64,000 nucleotides of DNA from the NCBI GenBank assembly GCA_963747115.1, contig CAVVEB010000001.1, forward strand, positions 52,735 to 116,734, written 5' to 3'. The position numbers and the translations under genes are program-made. Shown piece by piece: positions 56,779 to 64,000 of the stretch. The stretch's first letter is position 1. Each line of letters begins with the position of its first letter. Below the pieces are notes generated by a model, which searched no databases, had not been told where the DNA came from, and was given only the letters and a program-made list of their open reading frames with translations. This DNA comes from an uncultured delta proteobacterium (lineage in GTDB: Bacteria; Desulfobacterota; Binatia; Binatales; Binataceae).

Positions 56779-58362
56779 GTGGGCCGCAACATTCTTTTCA
56801 TTACGACCGATCAGCAGCGTTACGATTCGCTCGGATGCAACGGCGGCGCGATCGCGAAAACGCCGGTGGCCGACCAGCTCGCGGCAAACGGAATCAACTA
56901 TCATCGCGCGCACAACCAGAACGTGGTGTGCATGCCCGCGCGCTCCACCATGATCACCGGCCAATACGTGCGCACGCATGGCGTCTTCGCCAACGGTGTC
57001 GCCCTGCCGCCCGATGCGCCCAGCGTCGCTTCATACCTGCATGAGAAGGCGGGATATCGCACCGCACTTTTGGGCAAGGCGCACTTCGAGCCGGCCTTCG
57101 ATATGGCGGGAAAGTGGCCCGAGAACTCGATGGGGCGTCAGGGCAGCACCGGACCGTGGCGCGGCTTCGAGCGGATGGAACTCGCGATGCACGTGCCGAT
57201 GGGCGGATGGCATTACTCAGTATGGCTGCAGAATAACTATCCGAATGAGCTTAGTGGGTTTGCTCCAATACTCAGTGGGACCGGCGGCGGTGATACCGGC
57301 GCTCCCGAAGTAAAATATAATCCGATACCTCGCGAACACTATCATACCGACTGGGTGGCCAACCGCACGATTGCATTTCTGGATTCACTCGATCCGGACG
57401 AAAACTGGTTCGTGTGGATGAGCTTTCCCGATCCGCATCATCCGTGGGATCCACCCGAGGCGGAGGCGCGCAGGATTAACTGGCGCGATTTGGATTTGCC
57501 GCCGGGACATCCTGGATCGCGCGAAAAGATCGAGGCGATTTTGCGTCAGAAGCCGCGCCATTGGCTCGAATGGTACGAGGGCCGTTTTCGCAATTTCGAA
57601 GGCGGGCCGGCACGCTTCATTCCCGCGCAGATGACCCACGACCAGGTCCGCGAAATCAACGCGATGATCCACGTCGAGAACGAACTCATCGATCAGGCCT
57701 GTGACCGTGTGCTTCGGAGGATCGCCGAGCGCAAGTGGGACGCGCGCACCGACGTCTTTTTCACCACCGATCACGGCGAGCTGCAGGGCGACTTCGGCCT
57801 GGTTTACAAGGGGCCGTATCATGTCGACGCGCTGATGCACATTCCGATGATCTGGTGTCCGGCGCCAGATGCGAAGGTGCCGCCGGCGCAAATTTCCGAA
57901 CCGGTGGGCCAACTCGACCTCGCACCGACCTTCTGCGAGATCGCCGGCGTGCCGGTTCCGTCATGGATGGAAGGTGAGCCGCTTCCGCTCGCGCCAAATT
58001 CCGGACGGGAGCGCGTTATTACCGAATGGGATAGTCAGTTCGCGCAAATTGGTATGCACATCAAATCTATTTTCCGCGACGGCTATGTATGCACCGTGTA
58101 TGAGAAGAGTACTCGCGACATAGGTTTCGATCTCGCGGCAATACTACGTAGCGGGATCGGCGGTCCCGGCATTCCGCTGCCGGATATCAGCTACGACGGC
58201 ACCGAGGGCGAGCTGTACAACCTGCGCGAGGATCCGCTGCAGTGGCGCAATCTCTGGAATGACGCCGGCTTCGCGAAATTGAGATCCGGCTTGATCGCCG
58301 ATCTCTACGACAATCTTCCGCCGGCGCGCGATCCGCAACTTCCGGTTGAGGCCCCGGCCTGA
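56779..58362 (+). CDS. Sulfatase (formylglycine-dependent arylsulfatase family), no signal peptide
   Basis: GTG start 9 nt after AGGAGA. NILFITTDQQR, Cys-type FGly motif CMPARSTMITGQY, GKAHFEP, C-terminal sulfatase domain. Begins directly with the catalytic core. Confidence 0.85.
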   Translation: MGRNILFITTDQQRYDSLGCNGGAIAKTPVADQLAANGINYHRAHNQNVVCMPARSTMITGQYVRTHGVFANGVALPPDAPSVASYLHEKAGYRTALLGKAHFEPAFDMAGKWPENSMGRQGSTGPWRGFERMELAMHVPMGGWHYSVWLQNNYPNELSGFAPILSGTGGGDTGAPEVKYNPIPREHYHTDWVANRTIAFLDSLDPDENWFVWMSFPDPHHPWDPPEAEARRINWRDLDLPPGHPGSREKIEAILRQKPRHWLEWYEGRFRNFEGGPARFIPAQMTHDQVREINAMIHVENELIDQACDRVLRRIAERKWDARTDVFFTTDHGELQGDFGLVYKGPYHVDALMHIPMIWCPAPDAKVPPAQISEPVGQLDLAPTFCEIAGVPVPSWMEGEPLPLAPNSGRERVITEWDSQFAQIGMHIKSIFRDGYVCTVYEKSTRDIGFDLAAILRSGIGGPGIPLPDISYDGTEGELYNLREDPLQWRNLWNDAGFAKLRSGLIADLYDNLPPARDPQLPVEAPA

Positions 58363-59396
58363 TGAAGCCGCTCACCCTGGCCGGCGGCTACGGCTCACCG
58401 TATTCGCGAAAAATGCGCGCGGTGCTGCGCTATCGGCGCATTCCGTTTCGATGGATCATGCGCGGCTCGGTTGAGGACGTCGGCATCCCGCCGGTGCCGG
58501 TCGCGCTGATTCCGGTGCTGGTTTTCCCCGGCGAAAACGGCGCGCCCGACGAGGCAATGATCGATTCGAGCTTCGAGATCCTTCGCCTCGAATCCGCTTT
58601 CAAGGATCGCTCGCTGATTCCGCCCGATCGCACGCTCGCGTTCATCCACTCGCTGATCGAGGACTACGGCGACGAATGGCTGACCAAGCCGATGTTCCAT
58701 TACCGATGGAACTACGCACCCGACATCAGAAAGGCGTCGTATGTGCTCGCTCTCGATCGCATGCCGCATCTCGACCGCGAGCGGCTCGAACATACCGCAA
58801 AAATGTTCGCCGATCGCCAGATCGCGCGCCTCACCGTGGTGGGATCCAATTCGACGACGCGTCCGGTAATCGAGGACAGCTATCGGCGGCTACTCGCGAT
58901 TCTCGATCGGCACATCGCGGGCGGCTCGATGTTTCTGATGGGCAGTCGTCCGGGCGTTGGTGATTTCGGATTGTTCGGACAACTGAGCCAGCTGACTCAT
59001 TTCGACCCGACTCCGAGCGCGATCGCGACCGAGTCCGCGCCGCGGGTTTATTCGTGGGTCAACTGGATGGAAGATCTCGGGTCGATCGAGGTCTCCGCCG
59101 ACGGATGGCTCCCGCGCGATCGCATCGGCGAAACCTTACACCCACTTCTGGGCGAGATCGGACGCGTGTACGCGCCGTTTCTGATCGCCAATGCGCGCGC
59201 GCTCAATTCGAGGGCCGCCGAAGTTCGGGCCGAGATTGACGGGCGTGCCTGGGTTCAGCAGCCGTTTCCGTATCAGGGAAAATGTCTGAAGTGGTTGCGC
59301 GAAGCGCATGGCGCCTTGAGCGATAGCGATCGGCGCTTCGTCGATGAGATCCTGTCAGGAACCGGCTGCGAAGCGATCTTCCGCGCGACGATTTGA
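58362..59396 (+). CDS. Glutathione S-transferase-like protein (thioredoxin-fold N-domain)
   Basis: YGSPYSRKMRAVLRYRRIPF N-terminal GST fold, long helical C-domain. 344 aa. Confidence 0.65.
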   Translation: MKPLTLAGGYGSPYSRKMRAVLRYRRIPFRWIMRGSVEDVGIPPVPVALIPVLVFPGENGAPDEAMIDSSFEILRLESAFKDRSLIPPDRTLAFIHSLIEDYGDEWLTKPMFHYRWNYAPDIRKASYVLALDRMPHLDRERLEHTAKMFADRQIARLTVVGSNSTTRPVIEDSYRRLLAILDRHIAGGSMFLMGSRPGVGDFGLFGQLSQLTHFDPTPSAIATESAPRVYSWVNWMEDLGSIEVSADGWLPRDRIGETLHPLLGEIGRVYAPFLIANARALNSRAAEVRAEIDGRAWVQQPFPYQGKCLKWLREAHGALSDSDRRFVDEILSGTGCEAIFRATI

Positions 59397-59411
59397 TCGA
59401 TCAGCGCGGGC

Positions 59412-59921
59412 TCACCTGAGCGGCCGCAGCATTTCGAAATAGGAAGCATCGATCAGTTTCTTGCGATCGACGTCGAGCTCGGCGAGCAGACGCTCAACCG
59501 CCGCGCGGCTTTGCTCCTGGTCCGCGTCCGCGCCGAGCACCGCTTCGATTTCGCCGAAATCGCCCAGTCCGTCGACGCTATCAAGATGCAGCCGGAGGTT
59601 GTCGCAGGTCAGCAGGATGCGGGTTTTGCGGACCGTCGCGAGCACGCCGAGGGCCTGCGACATCATCTCGCGGAGTCTTTGCGGCTCGTTGACCGCGATG
59701 ATTTCGTAGTTACTGAGTTTGAGCCCCTTGCTGTCCTGGCGTCCGTAGAAGATCAGCCACGCCCCCGCCTCTTCCTCGCGCAGCTTGAGCTTGCCCTGGT
59801 TGACCTGAAAAAAGGTGTCGCGCTGCGCAAGCTCCGCTTTGAATTCATACTTGAGAGCCTCGGCCCGTTTGCGCGCGCGCCCGAGATCATACAATTTGAA
59901 TTTCGCTTCCAGGTTTTGCAT
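59412..59921 (-). CDS. CYTH-domain protein (CyaB-like class IV adenylyl cyclase / triphosphatase family)
   Basis: MQNLEAKFKL (ExExK), ...EIEAV... acidic patch. 169 aa. Confidence 0.7.
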   Translation of the reverse strand: MQNLEAKFKLYDLGRARKRAEALKYEFKAELAQRDTFFQVNQGKLKLREEEAGAWLIFYGRQDSKGLKLSNYEIIAVNEPQRLREMMSQALGVLATVRKTRILLTCDNLRLHLDSVDGLGDFGEIEAVLGADADQEQSRAAVERLLAELDVDRKKLIDASYFEMLRPLR

Positions 59922-60119
59922 TCAGGTCCCGCCTTTGGTCGAGGTGATCTAGTATTACGCGTCGGCGGACGCGAGATAAGCCGTTACCTTCGAAGTAGGG
60001 AAACTAGCCTCTTCGGCGCGTAGCCGCGGAGCTACAACGATGACTAACTTGCAGTCCGTAAAAATGCCGAATAGGTTCGAGGATCCGGCCGTGATCAAAG
60101 TGCTTCAGGGAAATGTCTA

Positions 60120-61307
60120 GTGGCAAATCCGAAACAAATCGATCAGCACGCATCTTTGTTGCGCGAAGCGGGATTCGATCCCGCGGCGCCGATTCCGGAA
60201 AAACTGGCCAGGATTCGCCAGCTTCGTGAAACTGCCGGCGCCGACAATATCGCCATAGCGCAGGCGCTCGGTGAGATAAACGATCCGGGCGCGGGCGACC
60301 AGCTGGCCGAAATGGAGGCGGACGCGACCGGCGCGCTGCGCCGTGAGATTCGGCGCGCGATTTACAAAATTCGCAGCCACGGTATCGAGGTGCGCGAATC
60401 CGCGCCCGCGGCCAAAGCCGCGTCGCCGGCGCCGCCGGAGCCGGGACTGACCGCCTTCATGTCGCCGATCGACGCGGAAGGCGCACAAATCGTGTGGATG
60501 GTGAAGACCCGCCCGCGTGGCGGATTGGTGAGGCTGTGGGGACTGGTTTCCGAAACCGAAGGACTCGCCGGGGTGCAGAATCACGCGCTGAGCCGCCGGG
60601 AACTGAAGCTGCAACAGGAGCAACTCGAGAAACAGAGCGCGGTCAAACTGGTCGCTATCGATCCGCGCCTCGCCGATTTCATTTTATGTGACGCGTATCG
60701 GCGAACGCCGCCGCAGCGCCTCGGAGCGGTGGGAACTTTCTACGCACTTCGCACGGAAGTTACCGGCGTCCCACCGACGGCTGAGTTCTCGCATCCCATC
60801 TACGCGCAGTTTGCGAAAGAGACGGCGCAGGAGCCGTCAGTCGATCTGTTGAATGAGCCGGAGATCCGCGACTTCCGGATTCCGCCCGCCGAGCTCGCGC
60901 CGTACCTCGAGGAAGTCAATCGCGTGCAGGAGAGCGTGCTGGTGGTGAGCCGCTCGTCGCAGGAGGATCGCATTCTCGGCGCGGTCGAGAAGGCGATTGG
61001 CGAACTTCTGACCAGTGAGCGCGCGCATCGCTTGCGCCGCCGCCTCGAAGATACCGCGTGGTACCTGATGAAGACGGGACGGCGGCCGCAAGCGGGATGG
61101 GCGGCGGCAGCCGCGGCGAAAATCCGTGACGGCGCCGATCTGAGGAAAATCCCGTTTTTCAAGACCCTGGTGCAGACCCAATTGGGCGCCATGCTCGCGA
61201 ATGAAACCGAAAAAAAGAATGCCGAGCCGCGGCTCATCATGACTCCTGCGGAGGCGATGCGCCTGCAGCATGAGCAGCAAGCGCGTCTTCGCGGCTCCAG
61301 ACGCTAG
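60120..61307 (+). CDS. Hypothetical protein (395 aa)
   Basis: Intact ORF with coding-like composition and no recognisable motif. Confidence 0.45.
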   Translation: MANPKQIDQHASLLREAGFDPAAPIPEKLARIRQLRETAGADNIAIAQALGEINDPGAGDQLAEMEADATGALRREIRRAIYKIRSHGIEVRESAPAAKAASPAPPEPGLTAFMSPIDAEGAQIVWMVKTRPRGGLVRLWGLVSETEGLAGVQNHALSRRELKLQQEQLEKQSAVKLVAIDPRLADFILCDAYRRTPPQRLGAVGTFYALRTEVTGVPPTAEFSHPIYAQFAKETAQEPSVDLLNEPEIRDFRIPPAELAPYLEEVNRVQESVLVVSRSSQEDRILGAVEKAIGELLTSERAHRLRRRLEDTAWYLMKTGRRPQAGWAAAAAAKIRDGADLRKIPFFKTLVQTQLGAMLANETEKKNAEPRLIMTPAEAMRLQHEQQARLRGSRR

Positions 61308-61446
61308 GCTTGCAATCCATCCGCGAAGGTAAATACTTAACCTTGAGGGTCTGGTGCCGGAGGCTGCGGATTCAGCGCACTGCGAGACACCGTCGGATGC
61401 CGAGATGCGCGCATCGGCTCACTTTTGGCGCGCCAGGAACCACATC

Positions 61447-61493
61447 GAGGCCGCCCCGAGCAACATCCGAGCAACACAAAAGCAACATCGCGG
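61447..61493 (+). promoter_or_regulatory. Phased AGCAAC direct repeats (3 x, 11-bp spacing) inside a CCCCG...CGGGG inverted repeat
   Basis: CCCCGAGCAACATCCGAGCAACACAAAAGCAACATCGCGGGG. Shares a 19-mer with 2731-2750 and a 13-mer (reverse complement) with 17578-17590. Confidence 0.4.
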
Positions 61494-61607
61494 GGCGTCG
61501 CGAGCATCGCAAAATTGCTAGAACGAACCCATTTCGAGGCATCGCTGAGCGGTGTCCTGACGCTCGGCGAAGGACTTCGCGAGATATACCAAACGAAGCC
61601 AAATCGT

Positions 61608-61622
61608 CCTTATGGCATAAGG
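61608..61622 (+). promoter_or_regulatory. Perfect 15-bp palindrome CCTTATGGCATAAGG in the leader of the CoA-transferase/thiolase genes
   Basis: Lies ~50 bp upstream of the start codon (AAAGGAAG SD at 61660). Flanked by a second inverted repeat GCGAAGGACTTCGC. Confidence 0.35.
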
Positions 61623-61673
61623 GTCTTCGCTTAACGTTCGCCCCGCCGCTAAAAAACCCAAAGGAAGCGCCGA

Positions 61674-62870
61674 ATGCTTGAACAGAAGCCGCTCAAGGGC
61701 ATCCGCGTCATCGATCTGACACGCGTGCTGGCGGGGCCATTTTGCACCATGAATCTCGCGGACCTCGGCGCCGAGGTGATCAAGATCGAAGTGCCGGGCC
61801 GCGGCGACGATTCGCGCGGCTTCGCGCCCGTGATGCCGGGCGGAGACTCGGGCTACTTCTACAGCGTCAATCGCGGCAAGCAGAGCGTCACCCTCGACCT
61901 GCGGACTCCCGAGGGCGCGGAGCTGTTACTCAAGCTCGCGGACAAATCGGACGTGGTGGTGGAGAACTTTTCGCCCGGGACGATGGAGCGCTTCGGCGTT
62001 GGGTATCCGCAACTGAGCGCGATCAATCCCGCGATCATCCTGTGCTCGATTTCCGGGTTCGGGCAGACCGGCCCGATGGCGTCTGCGCCCGCGTACGACA
62101 TTGTCGCGCAGGCGCTCGGCGGAACGATGAGCATTACCGGCTATCCCGGAGGCGACCCGCTGCGATGCGGGGTTTCGATCGGCGATCTGAGCGCGGCGCT
62201 TTACGGCCTGGTGGGTATCCTCGCGGCGCTGCGCACCCGCGACGCGACCGGCAAGGGCCAGCACGTCGATATCTCGATGCTGGATTGCCAGGTCGCGATG
62301 CTCGAGGACGCGTTGGCGCGCTTCTCGGTTTCGCACAAGGTGCCGGGGCCGATCGGCACGCGGCATCCGTCGATCACGCCGTTTCAACAGTTCCACGCCG
62401 CCGATGGATTTTTCGTGGCGGGCGCGGGCAATGAATCGATCTGGATTCGTATGTGCGATGCGATCGGTTGCCCCGAGTTGAAAGACGATTCACGATTCGC
62501 GCGCAACTCCGATCGAACCGCGCACCATCCTGAACTGGAAAAGATTCTCAGCGATCATTTCGCGCGCCGGCCGCGCGCTTACTGGCTCGAACAACTGGAG
62601 CGCGCTAACGTTCCGTGCGCTCCCATCGCGAGCGTGGAAGACGTGACCCTCAATGAGCATCTGCGCGAGCGGGGGATGATCTTGCACGCGAATCATCCTA
62701 ACTTCGCGGATCTGATCGTGCCGGGAACGCCGCTGCGAAATCCGGATTCCGTCGTCGCCCCGGAAACTCGCGCGCCGAAGCTCGGAGAGCATACCGATCA
62801 GGTGCTGAGGTCGCTGCTGGGGCTGGATGATTCGAGTCTGGCCGAACTGCGCGCGCGGAGTATTATATAG
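61674..62870 (+). CDS. Family III CoA-transferase (CaiB/BaiF family)
   Basis: LKGIRVIDLTRVLAGPFCTMNLADLGAEVIKIE ... catalytic Asp region. Confidence 0.85.
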   Translation: MLEQKPLKGIRVIDLTRVLAGPFCTMNLADLGAEVIKIEVPGRGDDSRGFAPVMPGGDSGYFYSVNRGKQSVTLDLRTPEGAELLLKLADKSDVVVENFSPGTMERFGVGYPQLSAINPAIILCSISGFGQTGPMASAPAYDIVAQALGGTMSITGYPGGDPLRCGVSIGDLSAALYGLVGILAALRTRDATGKGQHVDISMLDCQVAMLEDALARFSVSHKVPGPIGTRHPSITPFQQFHAADGFFVAGAGNESIWIRMCDAIGCPELKDDSRFARNSDRTAHHPELEKILSDHFARRPRAYWLEQLERANVPCAPIASVEDVTLNEHLRERGMILHANHPNFADLIVPGTPLRNPDSVVAPETRAPKLGEHTDQVLRSLLGLDDSSLAELRARSII

Positions 62871-62918
62871 GGTTCGCCGAGCACGCTGACAAAAACATAA
62901 ATCATTCGGAGGATGGTA

Positions 62919-64000
62919 ATGCGCGAAGTTGTAGTCGTTGACGGAGTTCGAACGCCGATTGGAAAAGCCGGCCGCGAAAAAGGCTATTACAGGGATGTCC
63001 GCGCGGACGACCTCGCGGTCAACTGCATAAAACGCCTGCTCGAAAACAATCCCAGGCTCGACCCCAAGGAAATCGAGGACGTGGTTTGGGGCTGCGCCAA
63101 TCAGACCGGTGAGCAAGGACTCAATGTCGGCCGGATGATCGGTCTGCTCTCGGGACTTCCGGTCGAAGTTGCGGGGACCACCATCGATCGCCAATGCGGC
63201 TCGAGCCTGCAAGCGATTAATTCCGCGACCCAGGCGATCATGACCGGATGTGGTGACGTCGCGATTGCCGGCGGGGTCGAGAATATGACGCACGTCGCGA
63301 TGGGCTCCGGAATCGTGCCAAATCCCAAACTGATGGAGATGTTTCCGCGCGACATGTTCTTCATGGGCCTCACCGCGGAACGTCTTGCCGACATGTATCA
63401 CATCACGCGGGAGCAGGCGGACGCATTTTCGCTGCGCTCCAATCAGCGCGCGGTCGCGGCGCGCGATCGATTCAAAGAGGAAATCGTGCCGGTGAAACTG
63501 CCCGACGGCATCAGCGTCGATGTCGACCAGGGACCGCGGGCCGAAACTACGATGGAGAAACTCGCCAGCCTCAAGCCGTCATTCAAACCCGACGGCCAGG
63601 TGACAGCGGGCAACTCCTCGCAAATCAGCGACGGCGCCGCCGCCGTGTTGCTGATGACGGCAGAGCGCGCCAGGTCGCTCGGCCTGAAGCCGATCGCGAA
63701 AATCCGCGCGATGGCGATTGCCGGCGTGCGTCCGGAGATCATGGGATGGGGTCCGGTGCCGGCGACGCATAAGGCTCTCAAACGCGCGGGGCTCTCGATC
63801 AAGGACATCGATCTTTTCGAAATCAACGAAGCGTTCGGCGCCCAGGTTCTCGCCTGCAACACCGACCTGAAGATCCCGGAGGAGAAGCTCAACGTAAATG
63901 GCGGCGCGATCGCGCTCGGACATCCACTGGGGTGCTCGGGGGCACGCCTGATGGTGACGCTGACGCACGAAATGCGCCGTCGCGGCGCGAAGCTAGGCGT
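62919..64000 (+). CDS. Acetyl-CoA C-acetyltransferase (thiolase), C-terminally truncated by window end
   Basis: VVVDGVRTPIGK, active-site Cys in DRQCGSSLQA, NEAFGAQ, GHPLGCSGAR. Confidence 0.85.
   Translation, partial: MREVVVVDGVRTPIGKAGREKGYYRDVRADDLAVNCIKRLLENNPRLDPKEIEDVVWGCANQTGEQGLNVGRMIGLLSGLPVEVAGTTIDRQCGSSLQAINSATQAIMTGCGDVAIAGGVENMTHVAMGSGIVPNPKLMEMFPRDMFFMGLTAERLADMYHITREQADAFSLRSNQRAVAARDRFKEEIVPVKLPDGISVDVDQGPRAETTMEKLASLKPSFKPDGQVTAGNSSQISDGAAAVLLMTAERARSLGLKPIAKIRAMAIAGVRPEIMGWGPVPATHKALKRAGLSIKDIDLFEINEAFGAQVLACNTDLKIPEEKLNVNGGAIALGHPLGCSGARLMVTLTHEMRRRGAKLG

Noticed and set aside
1-64000. CRISPR arrays, integrases/transposases, toxin-antitoxin pairs
   Set aside because: No regularly spaced identical repeats, no tyrosine/serine recombinase or DDE transposase motifs, and no obvious small TA gene pairs were seen in this window.

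Overview
High-GC (~64%) bacterial chromosomal segment. It is mostly housekeeping and metabolic genes, with one clear horizontally acquired block.

A caveat applies window-wide. Many otherwise unmistakable core genes (dnaE, rplY, prs, ispE, smc, proC, mpg, a PPP phosphatase, a Zn-ADH, the phage small terminase) are split across reading frames by single-nucleotide indels. The sequence therefore looks like an indel-rich (long-read-type) assembly rather than true pseudogenisation. Gene calls below merge the frame fragments where the protein identity is obvious.

Content from start to end:
- Left end: a conserved ispE / tRNA-Gln / prs / rplY / dnaE (start) block, then MeaB GTPase, a PPP-family phosphatase and tRNA-Met.
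- A Co-type nitrile hydratase cluster in beta-alpha-accessory order.
- A GldA/F/G-like ABC-2 exporter with a DUF4340 protein, then def, polyphosphate glucokinase and a beta-lactamase-like hydrolase.
- tRNA-Ser(TGA) immediately followed by an ~8.5 kb Mu-like prophage remnant. It carries a LexA/CI-type repressor, a Mor-family activator, a GH108 endolysin with holin and i/o-spanins, DUF3486 small terminase, Mu gp28-like large terminase and a DUF935 portal. It has no transposase or integrase and no head or tail genes, and ends in a ~0.75 kb low-GC island encoding a GDVDR-repeat membrane protein.
- An unusual FHA-TM-CAP(SCP/PR-1) fusion protein paired with a secreted protein built from 23-residue tandem repeats.
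- mpg glycosylase, a sigma54-type two-component pair, DedA, a PCYCGC-motif protein, an NrtR-like Nudix regulator, smc, a standalone HNH endonuclease, RNase E/G, Slt, and the maf-yggS-proC-yggT-DUF167 cluster.
- An FmdB zinc-ribbon protein, Zn-ADH plus hydantoinase A/B, and a Nudix hydrolase.
- A co-directional thiI / lipoprotein / two tandem sulfotransferase paralogs / GT2 block, a nearby signal-less sulfatase, GST, CYTH, then CoA-transferase and thiolase at the right edge.

The two most unusual observations are the FHA-CAP / repeat-protein pair and a recurrent 11-bp-phased AGCAAC(ATCGCGG) motif found at three separate loci, one inside the start of the prophage mor gene and two in host intergenic regions. 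No CRISPR array, integrase or transposase was seen.
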